Below, piece after piece: positions 1 to 9,218 of a stretch of 64,000 bases of DNA; positions within the stretch are counted from its first letter, which is position 1; every line of letters begins with the position of its first letter. The stretch comes from Planctomycetaceae bacterium (lineage in GTDB: Bacteria; Planctomycetota; SZUA-567): positions 10,575 to 74,574 of the forward strand of contig JAJPXZ010000103.1 in assembly GCA_021205245.1 (NCBI GenBank). The letters are read 5' to 3'. A program made the translations under genes and the position numbers. The notes beneath the pieces are model-generated. The model was not told where the DNA came from and did no database searches. It saw only the letters and a list, made by a program, of their open reading frames with translations.

Positions 1-211
1 TTTGTGCTTGAGTAGCGGGCGTTCAATGTGTATCGTATGGGGATGGGGGAAACCGTCCTCACATCAACCCCGACCGGGTTTGGATGGGATGCGGCCTCAA
101 GGTCTTAGGGTCTCGCCAGAGGGTACACCGGCGCTGCTGGAACAAGCTGTCGTTCCGGCGTCCCCGCTCTACCCTCCGGCCAGCCTCTACCGATAAAGTA
201 AGTACACGATA

Positions 212-1069
212 ATGAATGCAGGGCCAGCGGACAAACATCGGGCAACCGACGGGCGCGATGGCATTGATCACGAGAACGATCCGAATGGAGTTGACGAGGA
301 CGTTGTCGAAGAATATGTCGAAGACGTGCCGGTGGAGTTGCTGGACGACGAGCCGGAGGACGGCAAGCCGATCGGAGGCTCCGCCGAGGATCGCATTCGT
401 GCCTGTGAACAGGTACTCGGCTACACGTTTTTTGACAAAAAGCTCATCAAGACGGCGCTCACCCATTCTTCCAGCACCTCGGACAAACGCCTGGACAACG
501 AGCGGCTCGAGTTTTTCGGCGACGCGGTCCTTGACCTGATCATCCGCGAATTTCTGTTCCACAATTATCCCAACCACCAGGAAGGCGATCTCACCGAGGC
601 GAAGTCGGCGGTTGTCTGCCGCGCGTCCCTGGCCAAAGCGGCGAAGAAGATGGACCTGAAGGCGTTCCTCTTCCTTGGCCGCGGCATCGGCCGCAAACGG
701 GCGGTGCCGGACTCGCTCCTCGCCGACGCCTACGAGGCGATTGTCGCCGCCATCTACCTGGACGGCGGCTACCAGCCGGTAAAGAACTTCGTCCTCATGA
801 CCCTGAAGGACGAAATCCCCAGCGCTATCGAACAGGCCAATTCCACCAACTACAAATCAACCCTGCAGAAGCTGCTGCAACAGCAGAAGCGCCAGTTGCC
901 GGTCTACCGGGTACTTGGCTCGTCCGGGCCGGAACATTCGCGCGTCTTTGACGTGGCCGTGGTGATTGATGGCGAGGAGATGGGCCGTGGCACAGGGTCG
1001 AGCAAGAAGTCGGCGGAGCAGGAAGCTGCGCGTCTGGCGTTGGAAAATATGGATTCCGGCGCGGAGTAA
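212..1069 (+). CDS. rnc: Ribonuclease III
   Basis: 285-aa ORF. It has the RNase III catalytic signature NERLEFFGDAVLDL, a second acidic motif DAYEAIVAAIYLDGG, and a C-terminal dsRNA-binding domain (YKSTLQKLL...GPEHSRVFDV...SSKKSAEQEAA). About 55 acidic residues precede the conserved core and no clear SD precedes ATG 212, so the start is uncertain. Confidence 0.9.
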   Translation: MNAGPADKHRATDGRDGIDHENDPNGVDEDVVEEYVEDVPVELLDDEPEDGKPIGGSAEDRIRACEQVLGYTFFDKKLIKTALTHSSSTSDKRLDNERLEFFGDAVLDLIIREFLFHNYPNHQEGDLTEAKSAVVCRASLAKAAKKMDLKAFLFLGRGIGRKRAVPDSLLADAYEAIVAAIYLDGGYQPVKNFVLMTLKDEIPSAIEQANSTNYKSTLQKLLQQQKRQLPVYRVLGSSGPEHSRVFDVAVVIDGEEMGRGTGSSKKSAEQEAARLALENMDSGAE

Positions 1070-1105
1070 ACCACTTGTCGGAAAACCCTGATCCGCACTG
1101 CTCCA

Positions 1106-2968
1106 TTATTCCTCGGGCGTGTACCGCTCGTAGGGGAAACGGAGCACAAACTCGCTGCCGCCGTCCGCTTTGTTACCTGCCTGGATGGTGCCGCCGTACT
1201 TTTCCACAATCCCGAAAACGATAGACAACCCCAAACCCTGGTGTGCGCCGCCGCCCCGTTTCGTCGTGACGAACGGCTTGAAAATATCCTTCGGGTTGTC
1301 GAGGCGGATGCCGTGGCCGGTGTCGGAGACGGCAATCCGCACCATTCTGTCGCCGTCGTCGTCGCCGTCCATTTCCAGCGTTCCGTCGACACGTATCTCG
1401 CCGTCTCCTTCGATTGCATCCAGACTGTTCCGGAACAGGTTCAAAAACACCTGACGCATCTCGTTCGGGTCGGCCCGCACCCACGCCCCTTCCTCCGGGC
1501 CGAAGCAGGTAAAACGGATGGTCCTGTCGCTGGTGTGAAAACGGAGCAAGCGGCACAATTCCGCCGCCAACGCCATCAAGTCAACGGATCGCGTGCGCGG
1601 CGCGCGGTTGCCGGAAAACGCCACCAGGTTGTCGATTATCTGCTGGATGCGTACCGTCTCCTCGTGGGCGAGGTTGGCTGAGGTGACCACCGATTCCTCG
1701 CTCGCCTCGTGGCGGATAAAGCCGAGGTAGTTGGAGATGATGGCGAGGGGGTCGTTCACCTCGTGGGCGACCCCGGCGGCGAGCAGGCCGATGGAGGCGA
1801 GGTTCTCCGACAGGGCTAAACTTTGCCGCATCTCCTCGCGGCTGGTGACATCCTCAATCAGGATCATACAGCCGATACGGACGTGTCGGTCCTGGATGAT
1901 CCTGGTCCGCATATCGACGAGGCGTTTTTTGCCGTCGGCGGTCTCGACCGGCAGGCTGTGCCAGATCATGTCGGGCGACGCCGCCTCCAACGAGTCGACG
2001 GCGTGACCGCCCAGCAACCGGTTCCGATCGCCAAAAAACTCGGCGAGCGTCGTCGCCTTGGCGAGGGCTCGGTCAGGAAATAATTCCCGTCCGCTCTGGT
2101 TGACAAAGCGGACGATCTGACGGTTGTCGGAAATAATAACGGCGGCGGGTAGGTCGCGGAGCATGGCTTCGATAAAGCTCATGAATTCATAGAACTGTTC
2201 TCTGGTGATGTCCTCCTCGCCCTGCGCGCCCAATTCCGAGTAACACAGCCGAAGCAGCGTCACCCGGTCGAGATCGCGGGTGTGGTCGGAAACCAGGCTG
2301 CGTCCCTGGCGGAGCACCGTTACCCGATCGGCCAGTTCCATCGCCTCTTCCAAATTATGGGTGACCCAGAGGACCGACATCCCGTCGGCCAGCCCGGCGC
2401 GGATAAGAGCCAATGCTTCGCGGGACCGGCGCGGACTCAGTTGTTCGAGGGTTTGATCCATGATGAGGAGGCGCGGGCGGCGGTGGAGCCGGTTCAGGAG
2501 TTCGACAAACAGCCAGTCCTCGCGCCTGAGTGACGACAGCGGCCGCCGGTACGGCAGGGTAATGTCGTTGGATTGGAGCCAACGCCGCACGTCGCCAAAG
2601 CCGTCTGTCCACGGCAGGAGTGTGCGCCACCACTTGCCGCTGCCGGTGTATAGATTCTCGGCGACGCTGAGAGCGGGGAAGACCTGGGCCTCGGCCCCGA
2701 CCATTTCGATACCGAGGTCGCGGGCGAGGATGGGGGTGAGGGCGCGGTATGGTTTACCGGCCACCAGTATCCATCCCGATTTCGGCGCGACATGGCCGGT
2801 CAGCACCCGGCAGAGAGTGGACTTGCCTTCGTTCTGCTTGCCGACCAGGGCCTGAATTTCCCCAGGAGCCAGATGGAAATCAACCTCGCGCAGCACCGGC
2901 TGCGCGGCGATGTCGACACATATCTGGATGCCGCCGAAGCCGGCTTCGGGCAGGTCAGAGGATGCCAT
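1106..2968 (-). CDS. Cytoplasmic sensor histidine kinase with N-terminal degenerate ABC-type ATPase domain and PAS-like region
   Basis: 620-aa ORF. N-terminal ABC NBD: Walker A GKQNEGKST, H-loop VTHN, degenerate signature LSSLR, Walker B LLIMDQ. Then a PAS-like middle, the HisKA H-box GVAHEVNDPL, and HATPase_c boxes (FLNLFRNSLDA, DTGHGI, GLGLSIV). The ATG at 2968 overlaps the upstream regulator gene by 14 nt. Confidence 0.85.
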   Translation of the reverse strand: MASSDLPEAGFGGIQICVDIAAQPVLREVDFHLAPGEIQALVGKQNEGKSTLCRVLTGHVAPKSGWILVAGKPYRALTPILARDLGIEMVGAEAQVFPALSVAENLYTGSGKWWRTLLPWTDGFGDVRRWLQSNDITLPYRRPLSSLRREDWLFVELLNRLHRRPRLLIMDQTLEQLSPRRSREALALIRAGLADGMSVLWVTHNLEEAMELADRVTVLRQGRSLVSDHTRDLDRVTLLRLCYSELGAQGEEDITREQFYEFMSFIEAMLRDLPAAVIISDNRQIVRFVNQSGRELFPDRALAKATTLAEFFGDRNRLLGGHAVDSLEAASPDMIWHSLPVETADGKKRLVDMRTRIIQDRHVRIGCMILIEDVTSREEMRQSLALSENLASIGLLAAGVAHEVNDPLAIISNYLGFIRHEASEESVVTSANLAHEETVRIQQIIDNLVAFSGNRAPRTRSVDLMALAAELCRLLRFHTSDRTIRFTCFGPEEGAWVRADPNEMRQVFLNLFRNSLDAIEGDGEIRVDGTLEMDGDDDGDRMVRIAVSDTGHGIRLDNPKDIFKPFVTTKRGGGAHQGLGLSIVFGIVEKYGGTIQAGNKADGGSEFVLRFPYERYTPEE

Positions 2969-4277
2969 ACCGTTCCAGTTTATTGTAGAGCGAGCGGCGG
3001 CTGATGCCTAGCCGCTGGGCGGCGAGCTGTTTGTTGCCGCCTGTTTCCAGTAACGCCTTTTTGATAATCTCCCGCTCGTTGTCGACCAGCCGCACCGAGC
3101 GGGTACGCCCGGCGGCGGTGAATTGCTGCGGCAGGTCGCGCAGTTCGATAATTCGGCCGGGTGCGAGGAGCGAGCATATTTTCACCATGTTGCGGAGTTC
3201 GCGGATATTGCCGGGCCAGTCGTAGTCCACCAGCACCTCCAGCGCTTTTGATGAGAAGCGCTTGCCCGCGCCGTCCTCGGCCAGGTCGGCCAGAAAACGT
3301 TCCAGCAGGGGTGGGATGTCCTCTCGGCGATCGCGGAGCGGCGGCAGGTGGAGGGTGGCGGCGTTGAGGCGGTAGTAAAGATCCTGGCGGAAGCTGCCGT
3401 CCCGTATGCCGCCTTCCAGATCCTTGTTGGTGGAGGCGATAAAGCGCACGTCGACGGGGCGGTCGTGATTTTCGCCGACACGCCGCACCCGCGCCTCTTC
3501 CAGCACGCGCAGGATCTTCGCCTGAGTGGTGATGGACATGTCGCCGATTTCGTCCATGTGCAGGGTGCCGTTGTTGGCTTGTTCGAAAAATCCCGGCCGG
3601 TCGGCGGTCGCGCCGGTAAACGCGCCCTTCGCGTGGCCGAACAGTTCGCTGTCGGCGAGGGAGTCGGCGATGGCCGAGCAGTTAACGCCGAGGAATGTCT
3701 TGTCGCGCCGGGGCGAGTTGGCGTGGACGAATTTCGCCACCAGTTCCTTGCCGGTGCCGCTCTCGCCTGTTATCAGGACTGGCAGATCGCTGGCGGCGAC
3801 GAGCAGGGCTTTTTCACGAAGCTCTCGCATGGCAGGCGATTCCGCCACCATGGACTGCAGGTCGCGGGCTTCGTCGGATTGCGGTGTGTTGGATGCGTCG
3901 CGGAGGAGTTCGAGCAGGCGGTCGATATCAACCGGCTTTTGCAGAAAATCGTGCGCGCCGAGTTTGATCGCTTTGACGGCTTTCTCGAGGGTTCCGTAGC
4001 CGGTGATGATGATCACCGGGGTGCGCGGCCTGATGCGGAGCAGATCAGGGAGGATGGCCAGCCCGTCTTCGTCGCCGAGGGCGAGATCGAGCAGGGCGGC
4101 GGCATAGGGCATGGCGGTAAATTTTTCCACCGCGACGGTGCCGTTACCGGCCCACTCCGAGGCGTAGCCTCGTTTCTGTAAATTTATGGCAAGGCTGTTG
4201 AACAGCCGTTCATTATCGTCGACGATAAGAACGCTGCCGGACGAGCCGGGTTGTTTGGCCATGGTCTTGGTATCCAT
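2955..4277 (-). CDS. Sigma-54-dependent response regulator (NtrC family)
   Basis: 440-aa ORF. REC domain (VLIVDDN, LLDLALGDEDG), AAA+ sigma-54 interaction domain (Walker A GESGTGKE, GAFTGA loop), and C-terminal Fis-type HTH (QLAAQRLGISRRSLYNKL). Ends in TGA at 2955-2957. Confidence 0.9.
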   Translation of the reverse strand: MDTKTMAKQPGSSGSVLIVDDNERLFNSLAINLQKRGYASEWAGNGTVAVEKFTAMPYAAALLDLALGDEDGLAILPDLLRIRPRTPVIIITGYGTLEKAVKAIKLGAHDFLQKPVDIDRLLELLRDASNTPQSDEARDLQSMVAESPAMRELREKALLVAASDLPVLITGESGTGKELVAKFVHANSPRRDKTFLGVNCSAIADSLADSELFGHAKGAFTGATADRPGFFEQANNGTLHMDEIGDMSITTQAKILRVLEEARVRRVGENHDRPVDVRFIASTNKDLEGGIRDGSFRQDLYYRLNAATLHLPPLRDRREDIPPLLERFLADLAEDGAGKRFSSKALEVLVDYDWPGNIRELRNMVKICSLLAPGRIIELRDLPQQFTAAGRTRSVRLVDNEREIIKKALLETGGNKQLAAQRLGISRRSLYNKLERYGIL

Positions 4278-4341
4278 GAGGGGAAAGGGGGTCTCCTTTC
4301 ATTGTAGCGGGAGCTCCCTCCCATGGAAAGCACATTGCCGG

Positions 4342-5319
4342 TCATAAACAGCCGCTAAAAAACGCGTCCACCACCGGCGCGGCCGCGCTTGGACCGATGT
4401 CGCAGCCGGATGACGGGACGAAGTTCGGGTAGCGCCGATACGTCTCGCACAGGGCTGCCGTTTCAGCCGCCATGGCGTCGGGTGTGAGAGAGGCAAATTT
4501 GGCCGGGTGGATATTGCCAAAGACGAGGGCGGTGGCGGGCATCGATTCCAACGCGTCCGTGAGGGAAAAGGCGTCGCCGAAATGGTATCCCTTGGCGCCA
4601 AGAGCCGCGATGCCGCCCAGGTGTTTACGCACATCGCCGCAATTGTGGTAGATGACGGCGAGGTCGTCGTCCTGTACCGAGTCGATGATCCGCCGTACAA
4701 GCGCGCTGGACAAATCCTCCGCCATATCCGGCGCAATCATGGCGATAGACGGTTCTGCCAACATCACCCCTGCCGCTCCGGCGTCCTTGTACGCGGCGGC
4801 GTAGTCGGCGATGAAGGCGGCGGCGCGATCGAGAAAGGAGATGACTTCTTCCGGTTCCGAAAGAGCGGCCATGAGGAAGTCCTCGGTCCCGGCAAGCACC
4901 GACGCCAGCGTGAACGGGCCGGTCACCCCGACGAAGACAGGTTTGCCAGCACGCGGGGCAACTAGGCGCACCGCTTCGATCATGGGACGGGTGATATCGT
5001 TCACTGGTTCGGGGAAATGGAATTCGTCCAGCGCTTCGGCGTCGGCCACGGTGTCAGTGACGACCGGGAAGGCATTGTCAGTGTACGTGCAGGTCGCGCC
5101 GCAGGCGGCTGCCTCGCACCACAACTCAGACATACGCACCACCGCGCCGGCGGGATAGCGTTCGGCACTGTCGAGAAGCAGTCGGGATTGACACTCCGGA
5201 TCGAAAAGCGCTTCGCGCATCGGCGTTCCCGATGCAGAGACGGCGGGATAGAAAAGACACGGCACCGGTTCTTTCGCTACGCCGTCCAGGTAACTGCGGA
5301 CCCATGCGCCTGTATTCAT
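4342..5319 (-). CDS. Uroporphyrinogen decarboxylase (URO-D) / MtaA-CmuA family protein
   Basis: 325-aa ORF with a purine-rich SD upstream. The family-typical layout is read by eye (GPFTLASVL, AGVMLAEPS, IYHNCG, VFGNIHP). The specific substrate is unknown. Confidence 0.65.
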   Translation of the reverse strand: MNTGAWVRSYLDGVAKEPVPCLFYPAVSASGTPMREALFDPECQSRLLLDSAERYPAGAVVRMSELWCEAAACGATCTYTDNAFPVVTDTVADAEALDEFHFPEPVNDITRPMIEAVRLVAPRAGKPVFVGVTGPFTLASVLAGTEDFLMAALSEPEEVISFLDRAAAFIADYAAAYKDAGAAGVMLAEPSIAMIAPDMAEDLSSALVRRIIDSVQDDDLAVIYHNCGDVRKHLGGIAALGAKGYHFGDAFSLTDALESMPATALVFGNIHPAKFASLTPDAMAAETAALCETYRRYPNFVPSSGCDIGPSAAAPVVDAFFSGCL

Positions 5320-5339
5320 TCCGTCTCCCGTTTCCCCTT

Positions 5340-7346
5340 TTAAAACCGCATGGACCCGACCGCGTGGGCGACGGCTCGTGAGCCAAGGTAGAGGCTGCCG
5401 GTACGGGTGTCGCCGATCTGGCTTTCCACATGGTAATCGACAGCCACCTCGCCTGTCGCGCCCCGCCGCACCGCTTCGTCCATCGCTTCGCGCTTGGCTT
5501 TGGCGATGGCGAATTCTTCCGCCTCTTCGCGGCTCGTGAAGGTGCGCGTTTCATCGACCCCGTACACGGTATATCCGTTGATGCCGTCTGTCATATAGTT
5601 TGCCCGCACCGCCACTTCGCTTCGCGCGTGGACACGGCCGACCACCGCGCCGAGGGCGTTGGCGACTTCGGCGTGTTCCGGTACGACGGCGGTGGTGCCG
5701 AGCATGGCGGCGACGTCATCCAGAAAAATGTGCGTCGGAGCGCCTATCCCCACCAGGGGCAAGGCGGTGGTGAAATCGACGGTAAAAAAGCCTTTGCCGC
5801 CGTTTTTAATCCTGCGGTAATTTTCCATAATCAACCCGCGAAGGGATTCGGCGTGGCGCTCCGTCATGCCGGCCGGGTACTCATGCTCCATCAGGGCCAT
5901 GACGATGTTGAGGTAGAGCCGCTTCTTCACCTCTTCGTAGGCGCGGGCGCAGACGTCTTCAACCGGGATGCCGAGGTTGGCGGCGACGAACGACGCACCG
6001 AGTTCCGATGCCTCGCGCGAATAGCGGGTGAATTCGCCACGGATGTGCATGATGTCGGTGGGGGTGAGGCCGAAAACCTGCACCACGCCGTCCCGGACCA
6101 GCCGCGAGACGTCGAGGGTGTATTCGTCCTTGCCTACCGCCAGCGCGGCTTCGCGCAGCGGTAACGGCCCGTTTGCCAGGATGGCGGCGAAGGATTGTTC
6201 GAATTGGGTGTAGCGGGCATTGCCGGCGATATCCCGCACGCGGATAAAACCCTCGTGCACGGGACGGGTGTGGGTCGGGTACTCGGCCATGACCGCCCGC
6301 AGCTTGTCCAGGAGATTCGGGTGTTCCGACGCGGCGATGCACAATGGCACGACGCGGTAGTCTTCGAGGAACAGGTCTTTATCGGCGTAGTGGATGGCGG
6401 TGTCGCCGCCGAGGCCGAATGTTTTGATGTACAGGCCCTGGATGAAGGTTTTCCATTTGCCGATACCGATACCGTCTTTCGCCGTCACCGGCTCGCCGCC
6501 ACGTATGACAGCGATGTCCGACGTTGTGCCGCCCATGTCGACGATGACGCATTCCCGCGTTCTCGCCAATTCCATCGCGCCCATGGCGGAGGCGGCAGGG
6601 CCGCAGAGGAGCGTCTCGGCCGGGCGGAGCGACGCGAACGCCTCGTTCATGAGATTGCCGTCGGATCGGACGATAACCAGCGGTGCGCTGATATCGCGGG
6701 CCGCCAGCGCGCTTTTGATCGCTTCCAAAAACGAGTGGATGGTGGGGAAGAGGCTGGCGTTCACCAGGGTGCTGGAGCCGCGCTGGAGCGCGTTCAGATC
6801 GCTGACCAGTTCGTGGCCGCACACCACCGGGATGCCGGTCCGTTCTGCCGCGAGTTCTTTGGCGCGCTTTTCGACAACAGCGCCGTTCCGCATCGCATAA
6901 AGTTCGATAATGCCGATGCCATCCAGTCCGGCGGCGTCGGCATCAACCGCCTCCATAAAGCTGTCCCAATCCACCTCACCGACCGTGCCTTCGGAATAGG
7001 ACGAATCGCAGGCGAGAACGCCGATGTCGTCCACCGGCGGCAGGCCGTACTCCTCACCGTGGGCCTGGAGATAGCGGTGGTCGCCGCCGAAGAAATACAG
7101 TTTGGCCCGGCCCATCCGATTTTCGACACAGGCGTTTGTCGCCAGGGTGGTGGACAGGGCGATGACGGCGGGCGCGGCGGTGAATTCGCGCGGCAAGGCG
7201 TCCAGCGCGCCGGTTATGCCGATGGCGAGGTCGTTGCGGGTGGTGAGGGCCTTGGCCGTGGCCAGGACCGTTCTCGATGTAAAGTCATAGGCCACCGCGT
7301 CGGTGTAGGTGCCGCCGGTGTCAATGCCAATGCCGATTCGTGCCAC
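5340..7346 (-). CDS. Hydantoinase/oxoprolinase-family ATPase
   Basis: ASKHA-type motifs IGIDTGGTYTDAV and VIVDMGGTTSDIAV are typical of the hydantoinase_A family. GTG 7346 was chosen as the start because GAGGAG lies 5 nt upstream; ATG 7382 is the alternative. Confidence 0.75.
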   Translation of the reverse strand: MARIGIGIDTGGTYTDAVAYDFTSRTVLATAKALTTRNDLAIGITGALDALPREFTAAPAVIALSTTLATNACVENRMGRAKLYFFGGDHRYLQAHGEEYGLPPVDDIGVLACDSSYSEGTVGEVDWDSFMEAVDADAAGLDGIGIIELYAMRNGAVVEKRAKELAAERTGIPVVCGHELVSDLNALQRGSSTLVNASLFPTIHSFLEAIKSALAARDISAPLVIVRSDGNLMNEAFASLRPAETLLCGPAASAMGAMELARTRECVIVDMGGTTSDIAVIRGGEPVTAKDGIGIGKWKTFIQGLYIKTFGLGGDTAIHYADKDLFLEDYRVVPLCIAASEHPNLLDKLRAVMAEYPTHTRPVHEGFIRVRDIAGNARYTQFEQSFAAILANGPLPLREAALAVGKDEYTLDVSRLVRDGVVQVFGLTPTDIMHIRGEFTRYSREASELGASFVAANLGIPVEDVCARAYEEVKKRLYLNIVMALMEHEYPAGMTERHAESLRGLIMENYRRIKNGGKGFFTVDFTTALPLVGIGAPTHIFLDDVAAMLGTTAVVPEHAEVANALGAVVGRVHARSEVAVRANYMTDGINGYTVYGVDETRTFTSREEAEEFAIAKAKREAMDEAVRRGATGEVAVDYHVESQIGDTRTGSLYLGSRAVAHAVGSMRF

Positions 7347-7446
7347 GCCGTCTCCTCTCGAATGGTGCGGTTCCTTTACCATACCTCAAGGGCGGGGCTA
7401 CGTATTGTAGAGCGGTGGTGATTTTTGGTAGTTTGGTGCTACGGTT

Positions 7447-7479
7447 TAGAAAAAGCGAGCCGCCCGGGGAGGGCGGCTC
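7447..7479 (-). terminator. Rho-independent terminator after the SelA-like gene
   Basis: Perfect 9-bp stem GAGCCGCCC/GGGCGGCTC with a 5-nt loop. On the minus strand it is followed by GCTTTTTCT. Confidence 0.65.
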
Positions 7480-7506
7480 ATGGGCAAACAGGGGAAAAGG
7501 GACGGA

Positions 7507-8715
7507 TCAATCAGGCCAACGCAACAGCGCCTGCTCCTTGGCGCGGTTCCGTTCGTCCAGGTTGGAGCGTACCGGAGCGGGTTGGGTGCTGGCCCAGGCG
7601 CACTCCTGTTCGACCCGTTCGGCGACGATTACCTCCTGGCCGGGATGCAGGTTGCACGGGTCGAGGTAGAAATAATCCCATTCGACCTCGTGGTCGCGGA
7701 CGATGACCGGCGGATCGCCGGCGGCAAGGCGATCGGCAAGGTCCCAGGCGGTGATGTTGGCCTTGTCCGGATCCACCGATACGTGCAGCCGCGACAGCGG
7801 GTTGTGGGTTGGGTCCGGCGTGATAGTGGGGGTGAGGCCGGGAATCTTCTCTAGCCGTTCCTTCCACAGACGCAGGTAGCAGTCCTCTTTCGCCCGCACG
7901 GCGGCATGGTCCCGTTTGGCCCAGGACCGCAATGCCACCATCGCGCCGACCACCCCTTCTTTGCCGACCTTCATGCCCCGGCCGAGGGCGTAGCTCTGCA
8001 GATAGACGCCGCGAACAACCGCCTTCGGCCCGGCGACGATGCCGGAGGTGGTGCCGCTCAGGAATTTATGGCCGCTGTAGATAACAACGTCAGCGCCGGC
8101 TTTCAAAAAGCCGGTAAGGTCGTACTCCGACGCGGCGTCGCAGATCACCGGCACGCCGTGGGCATGGCAGACCCGTGCGAACGCGGCGAGCGAAAGCTGG
8201 CCATAATGGACGACGTGGTGCGAGACGACATAGAGGCCGACGGCGGTGCGTTCGTTCAAGGCGGCGGCGAGCTGGTATTCCTTCGTCTCGGTCGAGGTGC
8301 CAACCGGCACCAGCTTCGCGCCGGTGAGGCGGACGGCCTGATCGATAGGCGCGCCGTAGTTCACCATGTGGCCGATTTGCATCACCACTTCGGTCCGCGC
8401 CAACCCGTCGACGTCGGGCAGGCGTTCCGCTTTACCGAGGTCTGCCCCGACCATATAGGATGCAATGGTCTGGCTCACGCCGGCCGAGGCCGACGCGGTG
8501 ACGACGCCGAATTCCGCGCCGGTCGCCTTCGCGATAACCGCCCCGGCTTTCCGTTGCAAATCGGACATCTCGACAAAGTGCGGCAGAAATGCGGTGACCG
8601 CCTCAACCGTCTCCGGCGAGACGATGGACGCGCCCAAACCGGTCATGGTGCCGGAGGCGTTGATAACCGGTCGCAGTCCTTCCGCTATGCGGGGATCGTT
8701 TTCGAGTGGGTTCAT
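7507..8715 (-). CDS. SelA/DgaE-like PLP-dependent enzyme (ammonia-lyase/aminotransferase fold)
   Basis: 402-aa ORF with SD AGGAAGG. It has the N-terminal INASGTMTGLGAS motif and the PLP-lysine motif SGHKFLSGTTSG typical of the L-seryl-tRNA(Sec) selenium transferase-like family. Confidence 0.75.
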   Translation of the reverse strand: MNPLENDPRIAEGLRPVINASGTMTGLGASIVSPETVEAVTAFLPHFVEMSDLQRKAGAVIAKATGAEFGVVTASASAGVSQTIASYMVGADLGKAERLPDVDGLARTEVVMQIGHMVNYGAPIDQAVRLTGAKLVPVGTSTETKEYQLAAALNERTAVGLYVVSHHVVHYGQLSLAAFARVCHAHGVPVICDAASEYDLTGFLKAGADVVIYSGHKFLSGTTSGIVAGPKAVVRGVYLQSYALGRGMKVGKEGVVGAMVALRSWAKRDHAAVRAKEDCYLRLWKERLEKIPGLTPTITPDPTHNPLSRLHVSVDPDKANITAWDLADRLAAGDPPVIVRDHEVEWDYFYLDPCNLHPGQEVIVAERVEQECAWASTQPAPVRSNLDERNRAKEQALLRWPD

Positions 8716-8727
8716 ACGTGCGCCTTC

Positions 8728-9189
8728 CTATGCTTTAATCTGCGCGATTGCCTCAATCTCCACGCTGATACCGCCCGGCAGCGACGAATAGCCGACCGCC
8801 GACCGCGCGTGTTGGCCGCGTTCGGCAAAGACCTCCACCAACAGGTCGGAACAGCCGTTGACGACCTTGGGGTGATCGGTGAAATCGGGTGTGGCATTGA
8901 CCATGCCGAGGAGCTTAACCCAGCCTTGGATGCGGTCGAGATCGCCAAGCGCTTCCTTCGCCACCGCCAACAGGTTCAGGCCTACCTGGCGCGCGTGTCG
9001 GTAGCCGTCCTCGACCGAGACGTTCTTGCCCAGCGTGCCTTGGTGCAGCGTACCGTCGGCTTCGCGCGGGCCTTGGCCGGAGAGATAGAGCATGTCGCCG
9101 ACGATGCGGTAGTTGACGAAGTTGGCGATAGGCGTAGCGACGCTGGGCAGGGTGAGGCCCAGCGCTTTGAGTTTTTCTTCAGGGTGCAT
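8728..9189 (-). CDS. RidA/YjgF-family enamine/imine deaminase
   Basis: 153-aa ORF with SD AAGGAGAA. It shows the family pattern YLSGQGP...GEVTLLG-like core, ending IEIEAIA. Confidence 0.8.
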   Translation of the reverse strand: MHPEEKLKALGLTLPSVATPIANFVNYRIVGDMLYLSGQGPREADGTLHQGTLGKNVSVEDGYRHARQVGLNLLAVAKEALGDLDRIQGWVKLLGMVNATPDFTDHPKVVNGCSDLLVEVFAERGQHARSAVGYSSLPGGISVEIEAIAQIKA

Positions 9190-9218
9190 ATGTTCTCCTT
9201 ATATGTGAGAGAGTTTTT

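Noticed and set aside
2-196. A 64-aa ORF at the left edge, and a possible ncRNA in positions 1-110.
   Set aside because: The translation is not protein-like. I could not match the sequence to RNase P, tmRNA, SRP, 6S or any riboswitch core. Only the hairpin at 115-180 was retained as a low-interest finding.
7359-7383. A weak sigma-54-like element (TGGTAA-AGGAA-CCGCA, minus strand) upstream of the hydantoinase-family gene, which would fit the adjacent NtrC-type regulator.
   Set aside because: Only the GG and GC dinucleotides match. It lies about 10-20 nt from the GTG start and inside the alternative ATG-initiated frame, so it is too weak to report.
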